The notes beneath the pieces were generated by a model that made no database searches, was not told the DNA's origin, and was given only the letters and a program-made list of their open reading frames with translations. From Amoebophrya sp. A120 (taxonomy: Eukaryota > Protista > Dinoflagellata), in assembly GCA_905178155.1 (NCBI GenBank), contig CAJINV010000006.1, positions 1,117,876-1,181,875 on the forward strand: a DNA stretch of 64,000 nt, given 5' to 3'. The first letter of the stretch is position 1; each line of letters starts with the position of its first letter. The translations under genes and the position numbers were made by a program. Shown here one piece after another: positions 25,701-40,700 of this stretch.

Positions 25701-28700
25701 ACTTGTGATGCAGATCTTGCAAAGCCATCACAGTGAAACAGTTCTTCCTTTTTCGTGGGATATAAAACGGAGAAATTCGTCGCTGGGAAATATTCCTTCG
25801 CGTTGAAAGTTCGGAACCCGAATTTTTCGGTTGGAGGGGGTGGTGGTGGTTCTTTCAGCTCCAGTGCTGGTGGGGTATCGTCGCTGATCGACCTGGAAAC
25901 AACTTCGTCAAGCACAGCAGGAGGTGGAACAGCAACTACCAATCCTAACGCGAACAAAAACCCCTGGGATCTCGACTTTCAGCCCCCCGTTTCGCGTTCC
26001 GGAGAGCTCCCGTCTAGATCCGGCTCGAATCCGAGAATCACCACTGCGACCTACCTCGACGACAACGGGTTTACACGACAAAATCGTTGCGGGTACAAGT
26101 ACTGTTTCGAACTGATCACTATGTACAGGGATGCGGTGTTCATATGCAATGCAAAAGCATCGTACTAGTATGAATCGCATGACAAATTCCATCAGCATGA
26201 AAAATGGAATTTGTAATGCGGATTTAGGTTAAGAGGGAGATCTGTAATGCATGACTGCGATTACTACGAACGAGTGCGATACTTTTGCACAGGATAGGTC
26301 ATGCGCGACAACAAGATGCTGGAGTTTGACGACAGTTTGCACGAGACCACGTATCAACCGCAAAAATGTCTGGGTCTGGAAGTAGATTGCCAGGTTTGTC
26401 ATGCATATTTTGAATGACCCATGATGTCTGTGATGCCTGTTCTAGCATGACAGATTTTCAGAGTGCTTTGTGATGCCTCAAACGCATGAGAAATTATGCC
26501 CTCTCCACGTAGAACAAAGACAAACTGGAGTCCTCTTCTTGCTGGTCATGCAATACAAAACTTTTCAGAATCCAGAGACAGCATCACAAGTTTAGAATGT
26601 TCCGGACCCAGACATTTTTGCATTTGATACCACGCCGCATTTCCCGATGCTGCTGCCGAATTTGGTGACGAATTTCCCGGATTTGAAGAAGTTTTATTCA
26701 CATGTTTTCTACAAGGAACTAGAAAATGCTGATGGTGGTGATTCCGATTCGAGCACGACTCAATTGACCCGCGCGCAAATCGAGTATCCTGTGTAAAAAC
26801 GTATCCACCCCAGAGTTGTCATGTAGATTTGCGATTGCAGGAACATTTGTAATGCGCAGCGCTACGAGAGGCACTTGGACTTCCAATCGTGTCTTGGAAT
26901 CTGTAATGCTGTAAACAGGATGAGCAGATGGATTTGTGATGCGGTTGTCCTTGCTAACATGCACTACACTACGGACTCCAACTTGTCATGCGTGGCGTCC
27001 AAAACTTCTGGATTTGTGTTGCTAAGTTCCCAACTTGACTCTGGTGTGGGGACGTTTTTACATATGATATCGAGCTCGCGGCTTTCTACAACGTCCCGCC
27101 GCCACCGACAACCCTTAGCAGATCGCACTACGTCTCCTACTATGCATTGCAAATATGTTGTCTGGGTCTGGAACGCTGCAACTTGTCATGCTGAGTCTGG
27201 ACCGTGCAAAAATCTGTGCTGCAGGATGTGCACTAAGAGTTGTCCACTTGTGACCAACACGAGGGCGCGTTTCTGATGCAGAATAGGCATGATAGTGATC
27301 TCACAGAATCTGTCATGCTAGGGCCTACATTTCAGACCTCTTTGGTCATGGAAAACCTGCATGACAGGTCCTGCCCTGTTCCAGACCCAGGTATTTGTGC
27401 ATTGCATACCTACAAGTACGACGAGAGGACGAGGGTATCGACGTTTTACCCACCGTTCTCGTTAGATCGAGAACATTACTTGATTGACAAACCAACCGAC
27501 AAAGCGGTCAACTGGCTATCGCAAGAAAAAACTGCTTCACTGTAAACTTGTGATGCATAGAATGGACGAACACAGACCCATTTGTCTTGCTACACACGCA
27601 AGACATTTCGTTTTTAGCTCTGTTTTCCCTGCTTAGGAACCTCGCATGGCAAGTTTTCTTTTTCATGTGTAACGAACTTGTGATGCCAAATTGGCAAGAT
27701 CCGTACAGTGAAACACTTTTTTCTCACGATACTGGCTATCGCAGGAAAAAACTGTTTCACTGTGATGGCTTTGCAAGATCTGCATCACAAGTTTGTTACA
27801 CATGACACAGAAAATTTGCCATGCGCACTCCCCAAGGGAAAACACTCTTAAAAATCCAATGTCTTGCATGTGTAGCAAGACAAATAGTTTTGTGTTCCAT
27901 TCCATGCATCACAAGTTCACAGTGAAACACTTTTTTCTCACGATACTGGCTCCACGAGATGTACTATTCCGTGAAAGCGTATGGATGTGTCAGAACCGAA
28001 ATTGACAAAATCCAAATATTTTGTGATGCGCAAAATGTAAGTCACTGATGGCCTGTATTGCGGAGCAGGCAAATGAGACCGATTGCAAGCCTGTTTAGGG
28101 GTATGCAATCAGCTGCCAGAGTAGCATGACAGGAGCAGTCTTCTTTATTGCCTAAACAGTGTGACAGACTGGATTTGGGTGCTCCCCAAATTTGTCATGC
28201 GCCACTTGGAAACTGAGGCTCCAAGTGACATCCATTTTGTGCATCACAAATTTTTCGATTTTGTCAATTTCGATTCTGACACTTCCATAAAGCGCCGTCC
28301 ACCAAAGTGGACAAGATGCCAAAAGCGTTTTTCTACGAACCGCGAAGCTTTTCTGAAAGACGGATTTTGAATCGAGACGATCGGCCGGGGTTTTCGCAGG
28401 ATTTGGTCCTGATCTTCCAACTGGAGGGCTGGAAGGTGTGGCGGGTGGACTGGGACTTGGTTCTGGAGATCAATGACACGCTGAATGACAGCATGAAATT
28501 AACCTTTCCGGAAGACGTGTACAATGCGACGCTCTGTCCGAATTATGAACTGCAAACGTATCGTACTCGTATTCGTATAAATGCATTACAATTTTCCTAA
28601 GCATGAGAAAGGAAGTTTGTAATGCTAATGCGAGTACGATGCTTTTGCAGAGAATACGAATTGCGTCGGCGTGCAGACGGTGTACGATGTGAATCACGAA

Positions 28701-31700
28701 TATCCACAGTAAATTTCGCGTACACGACGTACAAATGCAGTCTGTGCATGACAAAACTGGGCTTCGATCCGAGTTTACCATGACAAGTGTTACACTTCAA
28801 ATTGGTCGAATTTGTGATGCATCTTGTACATCATGTACGGGAAATTTGTATTGCATAACGAATTATTGGCGAACATGACAGAAAAGGAGTGGTATTTCGA
28901 CGTGGAGTCACCAGGTGAAATAAATTCTGGCTCGCTAAATTCAGAACTGATTATCACCGCGCCGATCGGGTTTGAGTTTCCGACGAGTTGTGAAATCGGG
29001 GTGGATCTGGAAAGCGAGATTTTAGTGTACAAGGATCCGAGTTTTGATGTGACGGCGCAGGCAATTGCCGATGGGGATGCGGATGATGTGAGTGAGGTTT
29101 TTGATCCAGATTCCCATCCGGTGTTTGGTACGAATAAACATGTGCGGCAGGAGGATGCGATCACGGCGTTTGATGCGGTTTTTGGGTGGGTAGACGAGCC
29201 CCCGTTGGGAAATAACACTGGTAGTACAGCCATTGGAGGAGCTGGCGAAATTTTTGATATCACGGTGAACGACAGTACAAGCAACGTAACAGCGGCCAAC
29301 GAAACTACCGAGAATCTTACAACAAACGGTACGACAGCCGACGAATCGCCAGCAGTTTCGAAAACAAGTCTACTTTATTCCACGAAGCAGATCCTCCTCC
29401 CCCTCGGCGCGGCAAATTCCTCCGATGTGAAGCTGTACGGAAAAACGCAAACTGTTGCTGGAAGAAAAACAACCTCCGACTTCACCTGCCGAGGGTCGCA
29501 GAACGTGCTGAAAATAACCTTCACACCCTCTGGGACAACGACTGTGGTCAATAACAAACGGCTGAGATTAATTCCCGGGAGGAACTACGCAATCAGGTTT
29601 CCGGTGAAGAAGAACCCATCAATGTATCGACAGAAAATTTCCCGTACATATACAAATGCGGTCTCCGCGTGACAAAACTTGGCTGCGATCCTAGTTTAGC
29701 ATGACAAGTTTTACGTCCCAAATAGGTGCCATTTGTGATGCATCTTGTACATGTACGGGAAATTTGTATTGCATAGAATGGCTACAGGGACTACAACTAC
29801 AAATCCGCAAAACAATTTCTGGCACTTGACGTTTGTGAACCAGGAGGCGTTTGTACCCGGGTTTCAACTCGACACGTTTACGCCGATCAGCATCACGCCC
29901 ATTTCCCAGGCGATGGCGCAGTTTTCCTCGACGAGTTCTGGGACTTCTGACCAATTTACCCCGGTGAATATCCAGTTTTCAGTGCGAACCAGCCTTCCCA
30001 GTCAGAGAGAATCGGAGTTTTCCTACGGAAAATTGCTGGTCACAGCGCCCAACGGGTTTGTGTTTGAGCACTCGGCCTTGTCGGAGAACATTTTTTCCGC
30101 GAAATTCCCGTGCAGACTCGCGATGCAGGCTGTGGGCGATTGTTTGAAGTGCGGCATGCCATTCGCGGTGGAGACCTATCAGGGCGGCGGAGCAGGAGCA
30201 CAGTCTACTTCGAGAAGTAGCGGCTCAACAGGACTGTTATCGTCCATGTCGGTTTCTCAAGTCCTGGGCGCTTCTACGGAAAACAGCAATACAAATAACC
30301 CAACCTTCTATCACAAGTGCCGCACGACTTCAAATCAGCCGAACGAAGCGTCGATCCTCTTGACCGGTGAGCAGGGGCTGCACACTGTGTATGCATTGCA
30401 AAAGTATCGTACTTGTGGTAATGGCAGTGATGCATTACAATTTTTTTTCCTAAGGTAGATCCGCATGACAAATTTTTATTTCTCATGCTGAGCAGGAAAT
30501 TCAAATTTGTAATGCATTTATACGAGTGCGTGTGCTGTGCGATACTTTTGCAGTGCATACTGCAGCTACTGTGACGAAGGCGTATGAGTTACTGAACGAC
30601 CCTTCTTATCAAATGCAAAAATGTCTGGGTCTGGAAACTTGTAATGCTCAAAGTGAATGATAGACGCACTGCAATACGCAACTACGCATGACAAATTTTT
30701 TGGCTGCCATGTCTTACGTATTCCGCATGGCAAACTGCGTTTCTGCATGACAGGTAAGAGGGCTTTTTCCTGCCTACGCAACACAGATTCTCGAGTCATG
30801 CCAGACAAGCATGACAAACCTGGCAAGCTTCCAGACCCAGACATTTTTACATTCGATACTTCTAGTTCTCCGACCTACAGTCTGACGCTTTTTGTCCATA
30901 TGGAAGCGTCAGGATTGAAATCGACAAAGTGAAAGTTGAAATAATCTGTGATGCATAAAATGCAAGGCACGAGGTGACTGTCTTGCAGGGATTGCATGCG
31001 AGGCCGATTGTGAGCCTGTTTCGGGTTTGGGATAGAGCTGCTGAAGTAGCATGACAAAGGATGCCTTCTTTCGCTAAACAGCATGACAAACTGGATTATG
31101 ATGCCGTCGAAATTTGTCATGCGCCGCTTGGAAATTGGGCTTCCAACTGGTATCGGTTTTATGCATCACAAATTTTTCAACTTTGTCAATTTCAATCCTG
31201 ACAGTTCCATAGTCCAAAACCCGAGGATATTGCTTCTGAAAAAATCCACCTGGGTGATCCAGTCTTTTATCCGGGATAGGAAAAGGTCGGAAATAAAACG
31301 ATACTCGGTGTTCCAGCCCTTTGATTACTACCTCTTCCCCGGGTACGAGATCCGCGACCCCGCACCGGTTTTTTCCGTGGAGGAACCCAGTAACAAGCAG
31401 GGCGCGGTTCTCCAGTGGAAGAGCCATAAAGTGGAGTTTCTGTTCAAGGATTTCGTGAAAAATCTGGACAATGTGGAGCTGACACTACCTATTGGGTACA
31501 GTGTGGAGAATAAAACGACAATCAGTGGAGGAGAAGTCTTATCTTCCTGCTACGGGTTTGAATTTGATCCGTTTGTGATGCAGGTGCCGAATGCGAGTTC
31601 GCACTATACGGAAAAATTCAACCTGACGATGCAGGATTTGTTTTGGCTGCGGGTCGTGCGGAGGAGGATGATGGAGAACGATACACTGCACGGAACAACC

Positions 31701-34700
31701 GATAGAGCTGTTTTCTCTGTGACCACTTCGAAATGGAAGATTCCAGTCGTGAACGACAGTGAGGCAGTTTTGTTACCAGCAAATAATTTCCTCGAAAGCG
31801 TCGAAGAGGCTTTGAATACGACTACGAGTGCGGAAGCAACCACGGCGAGCAGTAGCGGTAGTACTTCTTTTAGCACGACTGGTTCCAGTTCTAATACAGA
31901 TTCTGCATCACAAGATCCGCATCACGTCCCCATTAACAACCGCGATTTATTCAACACGGTAATTTTCGAAGGAAAGGGGTTCCGGGTTAACACAACGTCG
32001 ACGGACTTCTGCTTCGTGGCGGATGGTAGTGCTGGAACAACAAGTCCACAACAGCAACTACCACAACACGAACACACGCTCCCGATCCTTCTCGACCAGG
32101 TGAAACTATTGAAGACCTGGGAGCCGTTTCCACCGGGGCTGTACGCCATTGACACACAGAGATCCGCTTGGAATACCACGATTGCGGTTGGTGGGGGCAT
32201 GAGCACTTCTAGCACAACAGGAGCTGGTGCATATGTTGATCAGCACAGCCAGAACCACATGTTGACCTTCCCCACCCGCCACGCCATCCCCTTCAACGTT
32301 TTAAACGACGACGCAAACTACGCAAAATTGAGCTACCGACCGCCTTCGATTACCAACGATTTGCAGTGGGAATTGTACAAAAGGAGCAACTTGAACAAGA
32401 GATCGCTGCTATCCTGTGCAAAAACGTCCCCACCCCATACTAGTCAGTGGCCACATAGCATATGCGTTTCTCTTCTTGTCGTAGTTCGTTCTCCTCTCGA
32501 TTCCTTTCTGAAAATTCGAAATTTCTCTGTGCTTTAAATTTGGCTTTTTCCAGTACATAAACACCCCATACTAGTCAAGTTGGCAAATCTGCAACACAAA
32601 TCTCCAAGTTTTGGGAGTTTATCCATGGCAAGCTTATCCTCGTAGTGTAATCCTGTTTACTTACCTGGTTCAGCAGCATGAGAGATCTAGCACATCAAGC
32701 CAATTCTAGCATCACAAATTCGACGACGACACGAAAAAGAACGCTTCTCGTGGGGCTCCGCATTAGAAGCATTTTCAGCATGCAGATCTGCATGACAGCT
32801 ATGGGGTCGTGGGGACTTTTTTCCTCAGGATCCCTCCATCTGGAATTACTGTACGGGACGGAATATTACGTGGATTTTTTGAACGAATTGAGGAGGAACG
32901 AAACCAATTTACTTCTAACCGCGCAGGCAATTCAACAGCAGGAAGGAGGTAATATCGCTGGTAGTACAACTACTGTCAAAGCGCCGTTTTCTGTCAACGT
33001 CTCATCCCCGTTCATCCGTGTGCCAAAAATCCCGGCAATGGGCATGAATTCCGGGGGGAGCTGGCGGATCCCGGGGAAAAAGGATTTGGAACTCAATTCG
33101 ACTTGCTCGGCTCAGGGGGCGAACGAAATCGATTTGTTGGTCAAGTTTCTCTCCAATGTGTCGATGTCGGCTAATTACGTGTACGAACAACGTACCGCGA
33201 CAACGACCACCACTACCACCGCGAGGGTTTTTATCTTTCCTTCGATACTGCTAGGATTAAATCAGGAGGAGACGGAGGAGGAAAAATTGGCGAAAGAATT
33301 GGCAAAATTGGAAGAAGAATCCCTGCCGAAATTGTGGAAGGGGTTTGTGGAAAGTGCGGAGAATCACGACAGTATTCAGAGGAAATCGGACTTCAACATT
33401 TCCAAATTCCTCCAACCCTCATCCCACGTCACCTCCGACGTGTTTTGGCTTCACTCGGAAAATTTCTGGAGCGCGGCTTTACTGGATGGAGACGTTGTGG
33501 GTGGCGTGGGCGGGGGGAACACAAAGACTTCTCTGAGTAGCAGCACAATAGACAGCACAACGTCGACCCGAAAGTACTGTGCGTTGTTACAGCTTCCGAC
33601 GAAGTTCGACCGGGTGAAGTATCAAATGTAAAAGTGTCTGGGTCTGGAAGGGTTGGAACTTGTGATGCAAACTCTGGAACACACAAAAATTTGTGTTGCA
33701 TGAGCGCCAAAAGCTGTCCATTTCTTGGCACGCAAGTAAGTAGGAAGTTTCTCATGCGGGACAGGCATTATGAGGCGTGCTCAAAACCTGTGATGCTTTT
33801 GCCTGCATCAGACGCCACTTGCGTGATCCGAAATATGCATGACAAATCTCAGAATCTTCCAGACCCAGACATTTTTACATTTGATATGAAGATCAAGGAT
33901 TTGACAGCTACTATGGTGGCGAATTTGCAGGAAACGAGGCAAATTGCGGCGGAGTTGTTTTTATGCATTGCAAAAGCATCGCACGGCCTAGTATGAATTG
34001 CATTACAAGTTTCCTCAGCATGATGCGAAATCGAATTTGTAATGCTGATTGAGCTTTAGGAAAAAGATATAAGATTTGTGATGCATAACTGCAATTACTA
34101 CGAGTGCGATGCCTTTGATGCACTGGATAGCTTTACTTAAGACGGAAGGTCTTGATCGAACAGTACTACGTTGAGGAGTTTTTCCTGGGATTCCGTGACT
34201 TTATCCAAGAAAAAAAGTGTGTAAGTGTAACTCTGTCATGCAGAACATGCAACAGAGTTACACCTGTCATGCCAGACAAGCATGAGGTGCTCTTTTCATT
34301 TGTGGTTTCCCTTACAAACCACGCATGAGAGGCTTTCTCTGTCATGCAGAACAAATTTGTGATGCTGTTCCTCCGAGAAAGTTACACTTACACACTTTTT
34401 TTCCTGGATAGACGTGAATGGGCAGTTAGGCGGGAGTTGCGGAACAGGCACGACGAGCGATGGGTTGCTAGCCAAGATCGAAAGCATTCAGGCATTCGTG
34501 CAAGCGAGGAACGAAAAGCGGGGCATCTATCCCAGTAGTACAGCCGCTTCTTCAAGTAGCTCGACCTCGAGCGGTGGTGTCTCCAACAATCAGGGAAGTG
34601 ACGCCGACCACAACACGCATTTCGAGCACCGCTATTTTCTCGAGCAGAGAGCGGAGGTTTTGGAACAAAAATTGCAGGAGGCAGAAATTTACAAGCAAAC

Positions 34701-37700
34701 GGTGCGAGATCTACACGGAATATCAACAAGCAGTGGGGATGCTTCATCTTCTATCAGAGGTGAAGATGTTGAGAAAAAGCTCGTCGCGGTTGACACGCTA
34801 CCGCTTCTTAACGCGACTACCCTGTTGACAAGTGCTGCGACATCAACGGAAAGTCAACCGCCCTCATCTCAACAAGAAGAACAGGCGCAGAGTCATTTCA
34901 ACTTCACCGCCTTCCACCTGGATCTCCAGCGCGGCAACACGGAATTCTACGCGAACTTGATGCAACTGAAACCCTCCTGCAACACGACCTACCACCGGGA
35001 AATCTACCTTCCGGATGTGAGTGAGATTTTTTTCCAAACAGATGCGATTTTAACAGATTGGGAGACGTATAAACTACAGGGTGGCACAACTAGTAGTAGT
35101 GGTGGCACTGGCACGACGATCTCTGCGGCCGCGCTTGCTGCAGGAGAAAAACAAACCCCAGAAGTCGTCGATCTCTTGCAGAAAGTGTATGGATCTGTCA
35201 GGTCTGAAATCGTCAAAGTCGAAGTGATTTGCCATGCATAAAATGCAAGGCGTGAATTGCCTCTCTTGCAGGGATGGCAAGTGAGGCAGATTGTCAGCCC
35301 GTTTGGGGTCTGCGATAGAGCTGCTAAAAGTAGCATGACAAAAGACGCCTTTTATGCCCAAACAGCATGACAAATAGGATTCCGGCGCTCCGAAACTTTG
35401 TCATGCGCCGCTTGAAAATTGGGCTTCCAACTGGTATCCATTTTATGCATGACAAATCATTTCAACTTTGTCGATTTCAAACCTGACGCTTCCATAAAGT
35501 GTGCCGGAATGTCACGAAGCCTGCAGGATCGGCTACTTCTTCTTCCAGTGGTGTTGCTACTTCTTCTGGAGCAGCACTGACCAGCGAGGACCATTATGTT
35601 CTCCACCGTGCCTGCACTCACACGGCGGAAATTATAGAGATTGCCGCGGCGGGGAACGACACAACTTCTAACAGTGGTAGCGGAGCAGGCGGTACAGCTG
35701 CCTCCTTGAATGCTGGTTTGAGCACTTGTGAAAAGAGATTCTTTTTTCAGAACAGTGGAGAGCGTGGAGGTCCACCAGGAGGCGCAGGAGATGCGTCGGG
35801 GGCCACAACAGCTGCAGTAGATGTTGACACAACGCTCTACCAGCCCTGGGAAGGTAACGAAACTGGGACAGACAAAACTTTTTACCACCGGCTGGATTAC
35901 GGCTCCCAGGGTGGAACATCAAGACCTGCAGGGGGCGACAGCTCGGCAGATGAACCAAGTGTAAAAAGCAACGGCTTGAACCTCGTACCAGTAGAGGAGC
36001 TAAGTTCTTTTCCTTACGCTGCCGCAATACAAGCGTCGTCAACGGGTGGAGGTGGTTCTTCTACTTCACTGGAACAGCCCAGCAACACTATCGTCGATCC
36101 TTCCACGACCTCCACACTAGAGAGCATCCAAGCAGCCCATTTGAGCGAAATGGCGACCCACTGGGTCGCGAGCTCGAAACTGCGCAGTTCGTCCGGGGCG
36201 GTTGTCCCACAAACCACCGCGCTGCCGATAGTACAGAAGATCCCTGTTGCTAGCTCATCTAGCACGACCAGCATTACAGGACCTGGCTCTGGTAGCATTT
36301 CAGCAACACAAACTCCTCGTCCGCTGAAGTTTTTCGAACTCCGCCTCCCGTTCCTTTTCAACGTGACATTTTCTGCCCAGGAAATGGAATTTATCCTCTG
36401 CAAAAGTATCGTACTCGTATAAATGCAAGTCCTGCATTACAAATCTTTTTCTTTTTAAGGTAAGTCAGCATTACAGATTTCATTTCTCATGCTGAGGAAA
36501 TTTGTAATGCATTTATACGAGTACGATACTTTTGCAGTTTATAAAATTTCAGGAATTGCGAAACTTCTACGTGCGGGAATACCCGGTGTGTAAAAACAAC
36601 CAGCTCTCCTGGCCCGCGGTGTCGAAATTACACCCGAGGTTGCTGGCAATGACAACGACTTCTGGTTTACCAAACCCGTTGTACGAGAAGAACTTTCAGT
36701 GGAGTTTTTACATAAGATTCCAAAACGCCGCGGCGAAGCTGTCCGAGCATGAGAATTTCTGGTTTGTGAAACATTACCGACCTTTGGAGACGACGTTGAA
36801 GAAATTCGGTTCCACAGTCACGGAATTACAAGACCTAATCGCCCCACCAACGACGATGGTCTCGTCCGGTAGTGGTCAAGTGCAGCAGCTCACCCCGGCG
36901 GCAGCACAAAGTTTTACTGCGAATCAGCTATCGACGTACTACACGCGATTGTCAGAGCGAGCGTTTCAATCGTGGATCATCCAGTCGCAACTCTACGCGA
37001 TCTATGCATTGCAAATATGTCTGCGTCTGGGTCTGGAAAGAGGAGAACTTGTGTTGCATGTGTTGCATTCCTGAAAAATCTGTATTGCATATTAGCCACC
37101 AAACGCACAAGGACTCTTTTGTGATGCAAAAACGCAGCTTGTCATGCGTGCTACGCATCAGAAGGCACCAAGTACTTAAACTTCTCATGCAGCTTTGCTG
37201 CACTTGAAGGCACCAGACTTATCCATGCTTTAGCATCACAAGTTCCAGACTCAGACACATTTGCACTTGATACGATCCGAGTGGAATTCACCTCCGGGAC
37301 CTTTGACAACGCAACGTTAGAGATGGAGTTCATGTCCAGGAGTACGTCAGATGAACTCCGGTGGGTCGCGCGATATGATCCCGTGGAAAAGCTAGCGTAC
37401 TCGTACTGGCAGTTGTAATCATGCAACACAAATCTCGTTCCTATGGTAGATTTCAGCACGACAAACCCAATATTTCATGCTGTGCAATAAATTGGTGATG
37501 CAACAAGTACCACGTACTAGTACGTTCCTTCTCCAATGCATACATGAAGCCCAGCCGGCTTCGATTTTGGAAAGACCACGGTGGAGTCCCTTGGGGTGCC
37601 GATGAGCCAAGAATATGAATTGCAAATGTATCGTACTCGTAGGAATTGCAGTTATGCATTACAAATCTCCGTCCCAAGGTAAAAGAGCATGACAAATTCC

Positions 37701-40700
37701 ATTCGTCACGCTGAGCTAATTTGTAATGCAATTTTTACTACTAATACGATGCTTTTCTTTGCACAGGATAAAGAAGTTTTGGACGCGATTGGGGGGACCA
37801 CATCAAGTGATGGAACGTCGACAGGAGCAGGGTCATCTTCATCGTCCAGCACCCCGAGAAGTTTGTTGACAAAGGACGAGGGCCAACATCAACTCACGGT
37901 TCGTGGGCAAAATCTTCGTGGAAGTCCCCAACTGGTTGACGTTGCAGAGGCTGTGCGGCACACAGGAGACAACCACGACGACAGGTCTACTCTAGTAGCG
38001 CAGCCACAGCCACGTCAGCTACAAACTAGTCTAGCCGACATCCCGCGGGAGCACCTCGCGTTCACCAAAGTGCCGTATCAAAATGAAAAATCCCCCCGTC
38101 CCATACTCAAACAGGGAATTCGTGATGCTGATTTGTGACCACAAATCATGTTGTCATGCTCAAAGGGAAATAAAGATGCGGACTGTGGTGCTGGCTGGCC
38201 TGGGAAGGCCTTGCATCTTCAGCATAACAGGAGGCAACTGGAAGTGGTAAACAGCATGACAAACTGCCTGCAAACAATTGCGCAAATACGTCTCTTGCCC
38301 TTCTAGCAATACAAACCGATTTGTGTACGCAAATCCAGCATCACAAATTTCCTGTCCGATGGAGGGAGCGAAGATTTTTCCTCACAATATGCCGGTCGTT
38401 GTGGCCCGACGGGTGAAGAACGAGATCCATCTTTTCTTCCCCTACTTAATTCCCGCGACCTCTTCTACAAGGATAAAACTCCGGTTCAACAGCGTCACTC
38501 TTCCCTCCATTGGTGGCGAAACCAGTTTCGACTTTCAAACTTTCTACCGGGGCGAGTTGATGGACGAATCCCTTAGCTGCTGCAGTCCAAACGCTGGAGG
38601 ACCTTCTGCTGCAGACGCTGATCCAAGTACTGGTGCACCGGGAACATCAGGAGCTCCTGTCAACCCCAACACTCCCTTCGAGTCCTTCCGGATTCCGCGC
38701 AAGATCCCGATTTTGTTTGAATTCCTGGACTCTGTGCAACTCACCCCGGCGTTGTTGTCCACTTTCATCAGGAAGGAGAACGGCATGGGCCTCCACCCGG
38801 TGGAATCGTCCTTACCAGTCCGATACGGGGACGACGCGTTTATACAACTGGAATTTTTGGCGAGTTCGGACTTCCAATATCCTGTGCAAAAGTTGTATCG
38901 TACTCGTGTTGCAGTCATGCATTACAAATCCTTTTGTTAAAGGTAAATCTGCATTGCAAATTTTATTTCTCATGCTGAAATTTGTAATGCATTTATACGA
39001 CGAGTACGATACTTTTGCAGTTCATATTCAATATATCAACCCAGCGACGGGAATGTTGGTATCCACCGCATCTTATGCAATGCAAAAGCATCGTACTAGT
39101 ATAAATCGCATGACAAATTCCATCAGCATGAAAAATGGAATTTGTAATGCGGATTTAGGTTAAGAGGGAGATCTGTAATGCATGACTGCGATTACTACGA
39201 GTACGATACTTTTGCACAGGATACATCTTCCAGTTCCACGCAGCAGTTGCCAACGGTGTTGGAGATTGTCAGCCCGGTGAGGGAAGTTGTGAAGAACGCG
39301 GCTACGGGGGAGGTGGAAACAGAACCGTTGTATGATATGAGCCAGATTTTATCCAACAACAACTTCCAACTCCGCGACGCCACGGAATGCTTGGTGGTGA
39401 CGAGTCAGCACCCGATTATCAAGTGAAAATAGATTAGAACAAATATGTCCTCTGGGTCTGGGTCTGGAAGGATGCAGCTTGTCGTGCGAAGTTTTGATGA
39501 CAGAAAAATCTGTGCTGCAGGAGGAACGAACCACAAAGGTTGCTCACTTGTTGCTAGGAGCTAGGCAATAGGCGGATCATTGCTCATGCGGCAGGATAGG
39601 CATGAGGACCAGGAAGGTCTCGCAAAATCTGTGATCTTCCTTCTGCAACACAACTCCAGACCATGTGCATGGTCCGCGAAGACGAGATGCATGACAAGAA
39701 CTCTTGCGTTCTTGATCCAAAGAACCCGGACAACATATTTGAATTTGCAGTGGATAGCGACGTACCCGGTGGAATTGTTCGACGGCAGCTGCTATTTCCC
39801 GTTACTGTATGTGAAACGGGTTTACAGTACTACTGCTAGTGCGTCTTCAAGTGCTGCTGGCGCGACATCTACTTCAACCACAGCCGCACCAAAGCAAGGC
39901 CGTTTAGCGTTTGAGTTAGTGTCTACCGAGGCGGAGATGCAACAAAATTTCTACGACTTGCTGCTCAACAAGGTGCAGCTGCCGAAGCACCAAGGTACAG
40001 CTAGCACATCAGGACAGAATACTAACGCGGCGGAGAAACTTCCTGACAATTACCAAAAGGATTTTAGCAACACAAACGTCGAACAGGTTTTATTAGAGGA
40101 GAGAATCTACAATGCGGCTTTGGACCAGAACGCGCAAAACATGACCAGCATCGTGCACGCCCAGGAAATTTTGTACCAAAAACTCCCGGAACTGAAGAAG
40201 CTTTTCGAACGAAATAGGATCGTGTTTGGCCGGAAGTATTTTCTCGAGTTCAAAGTGAAAGCGCCGGAAGCTGTGGCGACGAGTAGTAGTGGTGGTGGTG
40301 GTGGGGATGGTAGTAGTACTGGCACTGTTGTAGCAGCAGCAGGAACAGCGTCCTCTACTTCCTCGTCGGGCAGTGCAGCAACTTCGTACACCTTTACAAC
40401 CACCTCCGCACCTCCAGCCCCGAAGCCGAACAAAGCCCTGTCCTCCACGACCAACTGGCAGGTGTTTTTCACGAACAAAAACAACATTGAGAAACAGCTG
40501 TACCCGTTTGATAGAGGGGTTTTCGAAGATTTCAAGCTGTACTTTAAAACAAAGTTCCAGACGATAAAATCCGCCAGGACCATGATACAGATGTACGACA
40601 ACGTTGAAGCGACCTCGATCTACAACGAAGACGTCCAAGCCATGGGGCTGGCGCCGGATACGCTGAACGACGTTTATTTGGAGGTCGAGAACTTCGTGCC

